Positions 9,204 through 19,376 of a stretch of 64,000 nt of DNA are shown here, piece after piece (the stretch's first letter is position 1; every line of letters starts with the position of its first letter). The position numbers were made by a program, and so were the translations under genes. Location: assembly GCA_036520615.1 (NCBI GenBank), contig DATDJI010000091.1, positions 44,734 through 108,733 of the forward strand. The letters run 5' to 3'. Under the pieces are notes generated by a model. It was not told the origin of the DNA. It saw nothing but the letters and a program-made list of their open reading frames with translations, and made no database searches. This stretch comes from Cellvibrionaceae bacterium. GTDB taxonomy: Bacteria; Pseudomonadota; Gammaproteobacteria; Pseudomonadales; Cellvibrionaceae.

Positions 9204-11949
9204 AAAAACTGACCTTTGCCGTGCGACCATAACGCGCAGGAGTTAAACGCCTTAAGGCAGCAAGGCTTTTCTGTAGCCACGGATTGTCAGCTGATTTAAG
9301 ACGGGCAAGGTTAATTTGATGGAACTCAATTGCCTTATCCTCAAACGGAAATGCCTGATCTTCAAGCAATACGTTGTATTGCTCCAAATCATCACCCTTA
9401 AGTTGCCGAGGTCGCTCAGAGGCTAGCAAGGCTTTGGCAAAATCTTCGTAAATACTTGCCACTTGAAAACTCGCCTCGGCCAAAATATCCAATTGATTAT
9501 TTGCGCCTGCCTGCGTGTATAAGCTAACGCAATTTTGTAAGGCTTGTTTTTTTAACGCTAGGTTTTGTGCTAAAGGCTCCACTAAACGTACGCGTTGAAA
9601 TTGTGCGTATTGTTCATTGGCTTTTTGCAACTGCGCCCAGGAGGCAATATAAGCGGTGCGTTCGGTTTTATCGGAAAGCGCAGTTTGAGTATTTACCAGG
9701 TGAATTTTATCTAAAATAATTTGCCGTTGTTTGGCGTCAGTGGCGTTCAATTGCGCAAGCTTATACAGCGCTTCCATATATTGTCCGGCGGGTTTTGGGT
9801 AATTATCTACATATTGGTTAAGCGCACGAGTAGCGGCAAGTTTATCGTTTTGTTGCGCGTATAAATTCGCCGCCTGCCAAAGTGCGGCGGCTTTAACGCC
9901 GGCATCTTTTTCGTTTTTCGCCAGCGCCTCTAAACTCTCGGCCGCCTTACCCTGATTATTCGATTTTAAATAGCTGCTGGATAATAAACGGTTTACATCG
10001 CCGATTAATTCATGATTAGGATAGCGCTGTTGAAAATCCTGCCCGAAACCTGCCGCTTGTGCCCATTGACCTTGCTCAGCGCTGAGTGTGGCTGCTTGGT
10101 AAAGCCCCTTAGGAGCAAGCTCGTGTTGAGGGATCAGCGCAGCAATACGCGCATACAGGCCTGCTGCCTGCAGCGTATTATTATTTGTCCTCGCCTCTTC
10201 CGCTTGTTTAATTAATATATTCGCAAGACTATCAGCAAGGGCAGTATTTTCACTGCTGGTTAATTTGGCTGAATAGGCTGACATAATAGTCGCTTGAGCT
10301 TCGTCAAAACGTTTTAAGTCCGCTTGCGCCTGCGCTTTAAATGCCGCTGCTTTTTGTTGTTCGGCAAGGGGGCTGCCCGGCGGCAGGTTTGATACCAATT
10401 CCACAACTTGCAGGCTATTTTCTTCCTGCATATTGATATCCGCCGCGCGCAGAATTAATTCGATGCTGCGTTTATCCTGCGGATACATTTGTGCGTAGGC
10501 CTTACTGTGCCGTGCCATTTTAATAGCCAGTGCTTGGCGAGCAGGCGGCGCTGATTTTTGAATTAACTGATCGTTTGTAACAATTGCGGCGTAGGCTGCA
10601 TCCTTGTCCAAAATAATATCGCCGTCAAATGCGGATTTTTCATAATAGCTGAGTGCTTTTTCGTTATCTTTGTTGGCGGTTAACAATAAAGCGTATTGTT
10701 TATACATTTTGTCCTGCTGTGCGTAGGCGGCAAAATGTTTTAAATAGCGCTCGCTCCACACGTTAGCGTGACTGATCTGCTGTGCATTAGCATTACTAAT
10801 TCCCTGGCCCGCGGCGGTGAGAATGTTTTTACGCAGGCCCGTCAGAACATAGGCTTTATCTACATTGGGGTTTTGCTGCCAAAATGCTGCCTCCGGCTGA
10901 TAATTCGTGTAGAGCCTGGTCAGCGCTTCATCAAAACTTGGCCATTGATTTAACTGCGCATAGAGTTTTAATTGATATAAATAAGCCAATGGCATGCGCG
11001 GCGACTGAGGATAATGCTGAATAAAAACTCCCATAGCCGTTAATGCTTGCGCAGGTGAAACTCGTCGCTTCACTTCCGCCAGGTTTTCAAAAAATTCATA
11101 GGCCCAGACAAAGTCATCACCCAACAAAGCTGGCATGCTTTGTTCAGGCAGATGTGCCGCTGCCAGGCTCGCTGCGCGTAATAACTCATTAATTAGAGCT
11201 TTTTTACTTTCCGATAGCTGGTTTAAATCACTATAGGTCTGTTGACGTAACGCCGCTAAAAAATCATCTGTGGCATCGTTAAATACATTTTGTTTAAACC
11301 GTGCCCAGCCGCGCTTATATAAAGCCCGCTCGGCAAATAAACCATTATTAGGCGCTAACAATGCTTCGCTATAACTACTTTCCGCTGTTAAATATTCACC
11401 GCGTTTAAACGCATCTTCGGCCACGCGAAAATGCGCCTCGGCAATAAAAGGCGATTTTGGATAGTCCTTAATTATTGTTTGTAAGCTTTGCACGCTTTCT
11501 GCCGTGCGGCCCAATTGTTCGTAAACTTGAGCTAATTGATAGAGTGCGCGATCTTTATTGGTTGAGTTGGGGTAATCGCGCAAACTCTGCTGTAAAAGAT
11601 TATTCGCACGGTTAAGCGCTTCAGGGCTTAATTGTGGGTTTTCACTTTCTAAATTCGCGTTATCTATTTCTAACGCCGCTAAGCGGCCCAGGGCATCTTC
11701 GCGTAATTTATCATTTTTAGGTGCGTTTTCGATGTACTGGTAATAAGACTGCACAATCTGCGTACGAGTTTGTTGGGCACTCGTCTGCTGCTGGGTTTTT
11801 TGCGGTGTACGGCTAAAATCCACATCGGCAATTGTAGGTTTATGGCTGGTGCCGGCGCAGCCTGCTAGATAGCCCAGACTTATTAACAACGGCCATTTCA
11901 TAAGGGCTGGGAATTTATGATTTTTTGTCATAGGTGTTGGCAAGTCCAT
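9196..11949 (-). CDS. Large (about 900 aa) TPR-repeat lipoprotein
   Basis: Lipobox LGYLAGC. Repeated TPR-like helical pairs run throughout (YKRGWARFKQ, LYQLAQVYEQLG). The start is ambiguous (11949, 11931 or 11901). Confidence 0.75.
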   Translation of the reverse strand: MDLPTPMTKNHKFPALMKWPLLISLGYLAGCAGTSHKPTIADVDFSRTPQKTQQQTSAQQTRTQIVQSYYQYIENAPKNDKLREDALGRLAALEIDNANLESENPQLSPEALNRANNLLQQSLRDYPNSTNKDRALYQLAQVYEQLGRTAESVQSLQTIIKDYPKSPFIAEAHFRVAEDAFKRGEYLTAESSYSEALLAPNNGLFAERALYKRGWARFKQNVFNDATDDFLAALRQQTYSDLNQLSESKKALINELLRAASLAAAHLPEQSMPALLGDDFVWAYEFFENLAEVKRRVSPAQALTAMGVFIQHYPQSPRMPLAYLYQLKLYAQLNQWPSFDEALTRLYTNYQPEAAFWQQNPNVDKAYVLTGLRKNILTAAGQGISNANAQQISHANVWSERYLKHFAAYAQQDKMYKQYALLLTANKDNEKALSYYEKSAFDGDIILDKDAAYAAIVTNDQLIQKSAPPARQALAIKMARHSKAYAQMYPQDKRSIELILRAADINMQEENSLQVVELVSNLPPGSPLAEQQKAAAFKAQAQADLKRFDEAQATIMSAYSAKLTSSENTALADSLANILIKQAEEARTNNNTLQAAGLYARIAALIPQHELAPKGLYQAATLSAEQGQWAQAAGFGQDFQQRYPNHELIGDVNRLLSSSYLKSNNQGKAAESLEALAKNEKDAGVKAAALWQAANLYAQQNDKLAATRALNQYVDNYPKPAGQYMEALYKLAQLNATDAKQRQIILDKIHLVNTQTALSDKTERTAYIASWAQLQKANEQYAQFQRVRLVEPLAQNLALKKQALQNCVSLYTQAGANNQLDILAEASFQVASIYEDFAKALLASERPRQLKGDDLEQYNVLLEDQAFPFEDKAIEFHQINLARLKSADNPWLQKSLAALRRLTPARYGRTAKVSFYE

Positions 11950-13243
11950 AGCGGCAGTTACTTAAATAAGCGTTTAAGGCTTTATTATTATCTTCTAAGC
12001 TTTGCGAAAGCGATTCACTCAGTTCGCGCTCAAGCTCTGTTTGCAGCGTCGGTGCTGTGGATTTAAATACAGCGGACGCCTGCGCCTGCAAACGCCAAAA
12101 TTCCTGCTGGCGCGCAAGCAATTTTTGTGTGCGCGCTGATCGAATAGGTAGAGTTTCCCAAGCCAATTTTAACGCCGCTAACGCCTGCGGGTTGCTCAGA
12201 TTTAGCGAAAGGTTTTTCACTTGAGCTATTTGTAATAATTGGGTTTCATACCAACTAATGGCATTTTTATACAAGGTTATAGCTTCAGCGCTGGCATTGC
12301 GGTTTTGCGCTGTAACTGCCGCCAAAAAATAGCCGTCTGCCGTGGATATATCGCTGGGAGTGGAGGCCTTTAAATGGTTAAAAATATTGGCTGCCTCGGA
12401 GTACTTTTTTTGTTCTAAAAAACCTAAACCTAAACCCAAAGCCGCTCGTTTGGCATAGTGACTGTCTTGGGTAATTTGGCTAAAAGAGGCCGCCGCATCG
12501 CGGTAAAAACCCGATTTTAACTGGATAAAACCCAATGTCATTAATAAATGATTGGCAAGCTCAGTTTGTTGTTTGCCCTGCCTATTGCGGGCATTATGAA
12601 TAAAGGTAATGGCATCGGCCCACCAATCCTGACGAATATTAGCTGTGGCTAAATTCAGCTGTGCATTTAAATATAACGCTGAAGAGGGCGGGATTTTTTC
12701 GTAAAGTTTTGCCGCCTCACGGTGCCTCTTTTGTTTTTGCAATAATATTCCCTGCAGTAAAGAGGCATATTCTCCAGCAGCGCTTTTACCATCGGCAAAA
12801 CTTGCCTGCTCTAAGGCTTCGCGAGCATTTTTTAAATCCATGTCCTGCAAATAATAGTCAGCTAATACACAGGCCAGATAATAGGCGTTATCCCATTGTT
12901 TTGCGGCCAGAGCGTTTTGTGCGGCTGTGCGCATTGGGCTTATCCAATCCCAGGCAAATATCCAGGGTTGTACAGCAGTAAAATTGATGCTTTGTGGATT
13001 GCGTAATAGCGTGGGTAGTGCGGCGGCTAATTCGGCCTGGGCCTGAGGTGTTTTACCTTGTTTGATTAATTTTGCAATTTGTTGTGGCAACTGTTCCGGC
13101 GCGATAACACTTGAGCTTGAATTTGCCTGCTGCGCTGCCCAAGCAAACTCCGGCCAGGCGGTGGGAGTTGCCAATACTGTAGGTGTTCCAAGGCAACTAA
13201 ATAAAAATACGAAATGCGCGAGCGGACGTTGAATATTAAGCAT
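11915..13243 (-). CDS. Secreted TPR-repeat protein
   Basis: Signal peptide. TPR-like repeats (ALGLGLGFLEQKKYSEAANIFNHL). Confidence 0.7.
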   Translation of the reverse strand: MLNIQRPLAHFVFLFSCLGTPTVLATPTAWPEFAWAAQQANSSSSVIAPEQLPQQIAKLIKQGKTPQAQAELAAALPTLLRNPQSINFTAVQPWIFAWDWISPMRTAAQNALAAKQWDNAYYLACVLADYYLQDMDLKNAREALEQASFADGKSAAGEYASLLQGILLQKQKRHREAAKLYEKIPPSSALYLNAQLNLATANIRQDWWADAITFIHNARNRQGKQQTELANHLLMTLGFIQLKSGFYRDAAASFSQITQDSHYAKRAALGLGLGFLEQKKYSEAANIFNHLKASTPSDISTADGYFLAAVTAQNRNASAEAITLYKNAISWYETQLLQIAQVKNLSLNLSNPQALAALKLAWETLPIRSARTQKLLARQQEFWRLQAQASAVFKSTAPTLQTELERELSESLSQSLEDNNKALNAYLSNCRYGLANTYDKKS

Positions 13244-13371
13244 AAGCAGCCTGATTTCCTGATGGGCTTATTTGATATTTATTGGTGACTAATCATTTAC
13301 GTTCAATTTTTGATTAAATACCGTTTGTTTATTTAGAGCTGGCGGCAAATGAGCCATTTACCGGCTTAGAT

Positions 13372-13860
13372 TTAATTTATCTCATTCACTACTAGCCGAT
13401 GCTGGGCATCAAAAACCCAAGCTTCTTCATAATCCACTTCAAACAAATGCCCGTCGGGATCTTGGAAATATCCGGCGACACCCCAGTGGGTTCTCGTGGC
13501 GGGTTTTACCAAGGTGCCGCCAGCTTCGACGGCTTTTGCCAGAATCTGCGGTACTTCTTCCACGGACTTAGCCAAATAAATTAATCCTACGCCTGTAAAC
13601 CCTGTTCCATCTGCGCTGGTAAATCCTGCGTCTTTAGCAAAGTCGTTGCGAGAAATTAAGCATAACGCATAACCGCCTAAATCAAATTTCACAAAGCCTT
13701 CATTGCTGGTTGGGGATTTTTGCCAGCCTAGCGCTTCATAAAATAATGTCGATTGTGCGACGTTGTTTACGCCCAATAATATTAAATGCAGACGCTGGCT
13801 TGGTGCCAACTTTGCTGCGCCCTCTGATGGAAATATCTGGCCTACCGGCGCATTTAACAT
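13372..13860 (-). CDS. VOC (glyoxalase/bleomycin-resistance fold) family protein
   Basis: Paired beta-alpha-beta-beta-beta module pattern, with FYEALGW near the N-terminus and DPDGHLFE near the C-terminus. Confidence 0.75.
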   Translation of the reverse strand: MLNAPVGQIFPSEGAAKLAPSQRLHLILLGVNNVAQSTLFYEALGWQKSPTSNEGFVKFDLGGYALCLISRNDFAKDAGFTSADGTGFTGVGLIYLAKSVEEVPQILAKAVEAGGTLVKPATRTHWGVAGYFQDPDGHLFEVDYEEAWVFDAQHRLVVNEIN

Positions 13861-13904
13861 TAAATTAACCTCGATCTAATATTTTGATTTGCGCGCAGCA
13901 GAAA

Positions 13905-14903
13905 TTAACCGGCAGATTTTCGCGCATTAATCATATTTTGCGCGTACAAAATGGCTACTTTTAAACTACCTAGATCCGCTTTACCAAGGCCCGCCAAATC
14001 CAACGCTGTACCGTGGTCAACACTGGTGCGAATAAACGGCAGGCCCAATGTAATATTCACCGCTTGGCCAAACCCTTTGTATTTGAGTACGGGCAGGCCT
14101 TGATCGTGGTACATCGCCAATACAGCATCAGCTTGAGTTAAATATTTTGGCGTAAATAAGGTATCGGCGGGCAACGGGCCTACAAGGTTATAACCCTGCG
14201 CACGCAGATTATTGAGTACTGGGGTGATAGTGGTAATTTCCTCCGTGCCCAAATGACCATTTTCACCTGCGTGGGGGTTTAATCCACACACTAAAATACG
14301 CGGCGATGAAATACCAAATTGTTTTGTTAAATCCGTGTGTAAAATTTCTAACGTACGGGTAAGGCTTGCTTGGGTAATTGCGCTGCTAACATCTTTAAGC
14401 GGCAAATGTGTTGTGGCCAAGGCTACGCGCAGGCCTTCGGTGGCGAGCATCATCACCACTTGATCGCAGCCGCTGCGCTCGGCAAAAAATTCTGTGTGGC
14501 CGCTAAAATTAATACCTGCGTCGTTAATTACACTTTTTTGTACCGGGCCGGTGACCAAAGCATTGCATATGCCTGAAATACAAGCATCTTGTGCGGCGGC
14601 TAAAGTTTTTAATACGTAATCGGCGTTGGTTGTATTAAGAGCGCCGGGGATAACTGCTTCGGCGCATTTAATATCTACGAAGCTTAATTCACCGGCTTGA
14701 CTCGGTGTAAATTCGCTTGGATTAAAAGCGCGCAAAATAATTGGCAGGTTTAACGCATGAGCTGTTTGGCGCAGCAGATCAGCATCGGCAAATACCACCA
14801 TCTCGCTCGCGTGTGCCTGGGGCTGTTGGCAATAGCGCAGAATTAATTCGGGGCCAATGCCTGCAGGTTCACCGGGTGTAATGGCAATTCGCATAATTTT
14901 CAC
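13905..14903 (-). CDS. pdxA: 4-hydroxythreonine-4-phosphate dehydrogenase
   Basis: [12 protein letters not shown] at the N-terminus; [13 protein letters not shown] and [10 protein letters not shown] motifs. Lies in surA-lptD synteny. Confidence 0.9.
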   Translation of the reverse strand: MKIMRIAITPGEPAGIGPELILRYCQQPQAHASEMVVFADADLLRQTAHALNLPIILRAFNPSEFTPSQAGELSFVDIKCAEAVIPGALNTTNADYVLKTLAAAQDACISGICNALVTGPVQKSVINDAGINFSGHTEFFAERSGCDQVVMMLATEGLRVALATTHLPLKDVSSAITQASLTRTLEILHTDLTKQFGISSPRILVCGLNPHAGENGHLGTEEITTITPVLNNLRAQGYNLVGPLPADTLFTPKYLTQADAVLAMYHDQGLPVLKYKGFGQAVNITLGLPFIRTSVDHGTALDLAGLGKADLGSLKVAILYAQNMINARKSAG

Positions 14904-15037
14904 TCTTTCGATAACGATAAATGGCCAGAGCCCGCGTCAATTGCCGCCGCGGTTATGGCTATTTTATGCTGAATTTAAAGTACATTACTGTGTGCAACCA
15001 GCCCGCCCGCAACATAAAGATACTCAACCTGTCGGCG

Positions 15038-15376
15038 TTATTGCGGATCCTTAGGGCTTTGCTGCGGCGTTTTTATGTAGTGATCAAAGTTTGCAATGTA
15101 GTCGTCAATATTTTGATTGAGCATATCGCGAAAGCGTTCGGTAAAAAACTCCAAAGCACTAGCTTTAGATTCTTGCATTAAATCGCCGTTGGCAAAACTG
15201 CCTGCCATTAGCCAGGCAGTAAAACGCGCTGAGGCGTAGAGCATTGATGCTGCTACCCCTTCTTTATGCATGTTATCTAATTGATCGTTGGATAAAAAAA
15301 TATGTGCATCAGCGCGGTTAAAAAATAATTGTTCGCTGTCTTCAGAATCAGGTGTTGCCGCTGTATCTGTGCTCAT
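15038..15376 (-). CDS. Small acidic hypothetical protein (possibly DUF3144-like)
   Basis: A 112-aa helical ORF between pdxA and surA on the same strand. The family assignment is from memory only. Confidence 0.5.
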   Translation of the reverse strand: MSTDTAATPDSEDSEQLFFNRADAHIFLSNDQLDNMHKEGVAASMLYASARFTAWLMAGSFANGDLMQESKASALEFFTERFRDMLNQNIDDYIANFDHYIKTPQQSPKDPQ

Positions 15377-15393
15377 AAGGAAATCTCGTGTAT

Positions 15394-16677
15394 TTATTGG
15401 ACTTTTATATCAATAAAAGCGTCTTCTTTTAACTCCATAAGCCACAGCTGTAATTCATCTTCAAACCGGCGGCTGGTGAGGATATTGGCGGCTTTGCGCT
15501 GTAGGACTTCTTTTGTCATATCTTCCTGGCGGCGTTCGGTTACCTGCAAAATATGCCAGCCAAATTGCGATTTAAACGGCTCGCTAATTTGCCCTACAGT
15601 GGCACTTTCTATAGCGCTTTCAAACTCCGGCACAAACATGCCCGGGTTGCTCCAACCTAGATCGCCACCATTTAACATCGAACCTATGTCTTCAGAATTT
15701 TCTTTAGCGACTTTTGCAAAATCGGCACCAGCTAAAATACTGCTACGCAGTTTATTAAGTTTTGCGCGAGCTTCTTCATCACTAACCACAGCTGAGGTTT
15801 TGACCAAAATATGCCGCGGATGAGATTGGGTAATAACTTGATTGGCGTCGCTACGTTTTTCTAATAATTTTAAAATATGGAAACCTGCCGGAGAGCGCGC
15901 AGGTTTAGATAGGCTGCCAACTGGCATATCAGCAACTAATTCAGCGAACAGACTGGGTAAATCTGCAGATTTACGCCAGCCGATATCGCCGCCATTAAGG
16001 GCATCTTGGGCGTTGGATTTAGCAATTGCTGTGGCGGCAAAATCGGCGCCTTTTTGTAATTCATCGTAAATAGCGTTGATTTTTGCTTCTGCTTGCGCAA
16101 CTTCTTCTGCGTTGGGAGACGGAGGTAAGCCCACCATAATATGGCCAATATGGTATTCCGGTGAAATCCAGAATTTGGCATCGGCAGATTTTAAAAAGTT
16201 ATCAATTTCTAAATCAGATACTTTAATACGCTGTGTCACTACACCGCGCTGCACTTGTTGTACGGTAATTTCGCGCTGTAAACGCGCGCGCATAATGGCA
16301 GGGCTTAGGCCTTGGCTTACCAGCATGGCTTCAAATTGCTCAAGTGTCATGCGATTTTTCTGCGCGATATTTTGCATCGCTGCGTTAACCTGTTCGGGTG
16401 AGACTTTTACGCCCATGCGATTAGCTGATGCCAGCTGCAGCGATTCGGTAATTAAATGATCAAGCACCTGTTTGCGCAGAATATCATCGGGCGGTAATTT
16501 AATTTTTTCCGCATCCGGGCGACTTTTAATTTCCGCTACACGGCTATTAAGCTCACTTAAGGTCACGACATTTTTGCCTACGATGGCTGCTACCTGATCA
16601 ATTTTTTGCGGTGCGGCTGCGGCGTTCCCAGCAATGGCTAGGTATAAAACGAACTGGGCTATTTTACGTAACGTCAT
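15394..16677 (-). CDS. surA: Periplasmic chaperone / peptidyl-prolyl isomerase SurA
   Basis: Signal peptide and an N-terminal chaperone domain. Two parvulin PPIase domains (GDIGW..., GGDLGW...FGWHIL). Directly downstream of lptD. Confidence 0.9.
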   Translation of the reverse strand: MTLRKIAQFVLYLAIAGNAAAAPQKIDQVAAIVGKNVVTLSELNSRVAEIKSRPDAEKIKLPPDDILRKQVLDHLITESLQLASANRMGVKVSPEQVNAAMQNIAQKNRMTLEQFEAMLVSQGLSPAIMRARLQREITVQQVQRGVVTQRIKVSDLEIDNFLKSADAKFWISPEYHIGHIMVGLPPSPNAEEVAQAEAKINAIYDELQKGADFAATAIAKSNAQDALNGGDIGWRKSADLPSLFAELVADMPVGSLSKPARSPAGFHILKLLEKRSDANQVITQSHPRHILVKTSAVVSDEEARAKLNKLRSSILAGADFAKVAKENSEDIGSMLNGGDLGWSNPGMFVPEFESAIESATVGQISEPFKSQFGWHILQVTERRQEDMTKEVLQRKAANILTSRRFEDELQLWLMELKEDAFIDIKVQ

Positions 16678-16686
16678 AAATTCTTC

Positions 16687-19107
16687 TTAAGGGTTAAAAC
16701 CGATGATACTGTTTTTAAGTAGGCTTTGAATTCGTTGGCCGGAGCTGCCCAGGCCTTTTAATTCAACTTCAAAAAATACGCCTTGGTCGTACTGGCGTTC
16801 GTCTGCCTGAGCGAGGCCCGCGAGTTTACTATTCACCCAGCGCCGCGCCAACACTCGCAGGGCATAGCAGCAGTCTTCGTACTGAGTGCCGATGAAGCTA
16901 TCCATCGGCCTGCCGCCGTCGATGTCGTAAAAGGCTCGCGCCATTAGCGTCCACTGGGGGTTGAGCACATGCAGCGCGGATAGATCCAATTGGTCGATGG
17001 TTTGTTCCACTTGGCTTTCGGCTTCTTCGTTTTGACGCACAAACCTATAGCCAAGATTGTATAAATTGCCGCCTTGATGCAGGTTCAGGCCAGTGGTGAA
17101 GCGCATTAGCTGCTGGTTCGAGGGGTTGTACAGTAGGTCGGTTTGAGCGTTTAGGGTTTCACTTACGACGGCTTTAATTTGGCCTGCGAAGTCTGAGCGG
17201 GTCTGGGCTAGGGAGTTTGCTGGCGTATCGCCGAGAAATACCTGCCTGCGGTCGAAGTAGACGAGCTGGCCGACACTTGCGCTTAAGTACTCGCTGTACG
17301 ATGAATCTAATAGCCGACCGGTGAGGCTTATGGCCAAGTGATTGGCGTCATCCAGGCGATCACCACCGGCATAGCGGTGGTCGCGAAATAATTGTTCATA
17401 GCTGAATGTTAGGGGCGTGGTATCAAAGTTGACCGCCTGGCCATCTGCGGTGAGGTTGTACAGAGCGCTGTGATCGGCGTGCGTGCGATAAAGATAATAC
17501 AGCCGTGGTTCCAACAATTGCCGGCCACTGTTTCGCTCAAATATTAAGCCCGAGTCCAGGCTTGCATACTGTGTGGCTAGATTGGGTGCGGCGTCTACAT
17601 CTGGCAAAAGGTTGGTTTCATCCAATTGATAGGCCAGAAGCTGAGCGCCGACGGCAGGTTTTATAAAGCCTGCCTCCGGTTCGTATTGCCAATTGAGCTG
17701 GTAATCCGCGCGGCTGCGGCTGCCAGTGATTATCGTGCTGCCGTCTAAGCGCTGGCGGGAAGGATGGCTGAAATTAACGTATTCATTTTGCAATGAAAGG
17801 CCGAAATCGCCGAATTGATACAGGCCATCTAAGTTGACACGGGGCAATTGGCGATAGGTGCTGTCGAGATCGCGCAACAGGTTTTGGTAGCTTTGTGCAC
17901 GCACATTCAGGCGCCAATGGGCAAAGTTATAGCCGAGTACAAAGCTTTGATTCAGATAAGTATCGTTACTAGCGCTGAAATTTGCTGTGGAAAGATCGCG
18001 CAGATAATCCACATCGCTTGCCTGGCTATAGTCCACCTGGCTGTACCAGGGCAAATCGAAACCGCCCTGTTGCTGCCAGTTAACGAGCCAGCGCTCGTTG
18101 TCCTTGAACGGATGAATGTCCTGCTCTTGAGCGCCTTGGTCCAGCAGGGCTTTTTCGCTGTCTGTCAATTCCGCAGCGTCATTGGGCAGGTAGGCCAGGC
18201 GCAGTTCGTTATTCGCGCGGCGATGTAAATAACGCACCTCGGTTTCGAGCATCGCGCCATGGCCACCGCTGTAGCGCGGGATCAGCGTAGCATCAAGGTA
18301 TGGGGCTATATTCCAATACCAAGGCTGAGCGTAATCCAATTTGCCGTTGCTCAATCCTACGGTGGGGAATAACAATCCGGATTGCCGCTCGGAGCCGACG
18401 GGGAAAAATATATACGGGGTGTAAAAAACCGGAATACCGCGGATGCGCACGGTGATATCGCGGCCGCGACCTTGCGAGCTTTGCGGATCTATTTGTAACT
18501 CTTCGCCCTCTAATAGCCAGGTCTGGCTGCCCGGTTCACAGCTAGTGAGTTTGCCCTCATGCAATATCACCTTACCGCTAGCGGTTTGTTCGATGGTTTG
18601 CGCTGAGCCGCGCAGATGGGTGGCATGCAGGACAAAGTCGCCGCCGGCAAAGGAGGCTTGGTTTTTACTCATGCTGACGCGGGCGTCCTTACCGCGGATG
18701 ACGACGCCGGGCTGGCGAATTTCCACTCCTCCGGTCAGCGCCGCTTCGTCCTCTTGTTTGTCATAGAGCATTTGGCCGGCTTTGAGTTTGCGGCTGCCTT
18801 GGGTGATCACTACATCACCATTTAACCGCATCGTTTGGCCTTCGCTCACGTGGGCGCCGTTGGCATCTACCGAAATAGGTTCTTTGTCTAAATCCTTTGG
18901 CACAGGCTCATCGGCTAGCGGATCGACATATAGGCCGCTGCAGGAAGGGCCCATAAGTTTTTGCTGTTCAGGGGTCAATTGTGCCTTGGGCACCCAGTCG
19001 AGCGAATCCGCTGCAAAGCCTGCGGATGCGTGCGCCATAGCAATAGACGCTCCCAAAAGGCGTATAGCCTTGGGCAATCCGTTGTAGCGAGCAGGGCGCT
19101 TGGGCAT
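16687..19107 (-). CDS. lptD: LPS-assembly outer-membrane protein LptD
   Basis: An 806-aa protein with a signal peptide, an OstA-like N-terminal domain and a large beta-barrel rich in aromatic-terminated strands. Shows lptD-surA-pdxA order. Confidence 0.9.
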   Translation of the reverse strand: MPKRPARYNGLPKAIRLLGASIAMAHASAGFAADSLDWVPKAQLTPEQQKLMGPSCSGLYVDPLADEPVPKDLDKEPISVDANGAHVSEGQTMRLNGDVVITQGSRKLKAGQMLYDKQEDEAALTGGVEIRQPGVVIRGKDARVSMSKNQASFAGGDFVLHATHLRGSAQTIEQTASGKVILHEGKLTSCEPGSQTWLLEGEELQIDPQSSQGRGRDITVRIRGIPVFYTPYIFFPVGSERQSGLLFPTVGLSNGKLDYAQPWYWNIAPYLDATLIPRYSGGHGAMLETEVRYLHRRANNELRLAYLPNDAAELTDSEKALLDQGAQEQDIHPFKDNERWLVNWQQQGGFDLPWYSQVDYSQASDVDYLRDLSTANFSASNDTYLNQSFVLGYNFAHWRLNVRAQSYQNLLRDLDSTYRQLPRVNLDGLYQFGDFGLSLQNEYVNFSHPSRQRLDGSTIITGSRSRADYQLNWQYEPEAGFIKPAVGAQLLAYQLDETNLLPDVDAAPNLATQYASLDSGLIFERNSGRQLLEPRLYYLYRTHADHSALYNLTADGQAVNFDTTPLTFSYEQLFRDHRYAGGDRLDDANHLAISLTGRLLDSSYSEYLSASVGQLVYFDRRQVFLGDTPANSLAQTRSDFAGQIKAVVSETLNAQTDLLYNPSNQQLMRFTTGLNLHQGGNLYNLGYRFVRQNEEAESQVEQTIDQLDLSALHVLNPQWTLMARAFYDIDGGRPMDSFIGTQYEDCCYALRVLARRWVNSKLAGLAQADERQYDQGVFFEVELKGLGSSGQRIQSLLKNSIIGFNP

Positions 19108-19376
19108 ACTGGCGTTCCCGTCAGTGAAAAATCAGGGCGGCGATTGTAACCTAGAAATATGTGTTGAACCTGTTGCTCGGCTAACGGACGTGGGCAACAG
19201 GCCGTTTTTTTGCAAAATGGGCCGTTTTTTTGCTAAGTAAAACAGGCTAGACAGGCCGATACGGAACTCGGTTTCCCTTCGATCTGCTGCGCGAATGCCG
19301 GTGTGTGAAACGGCAGTAATTTCTATTTCGGTTTAACCGCTATTATCCCCACTCATACCGTGTAGGCCCACTATTT

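Noticed and set aside
17848-19149. Several plus-strand ORFs of 60-126 aa within lptD
   Set aside because: They are antisense frames of a strongly supported 806-aa gene.
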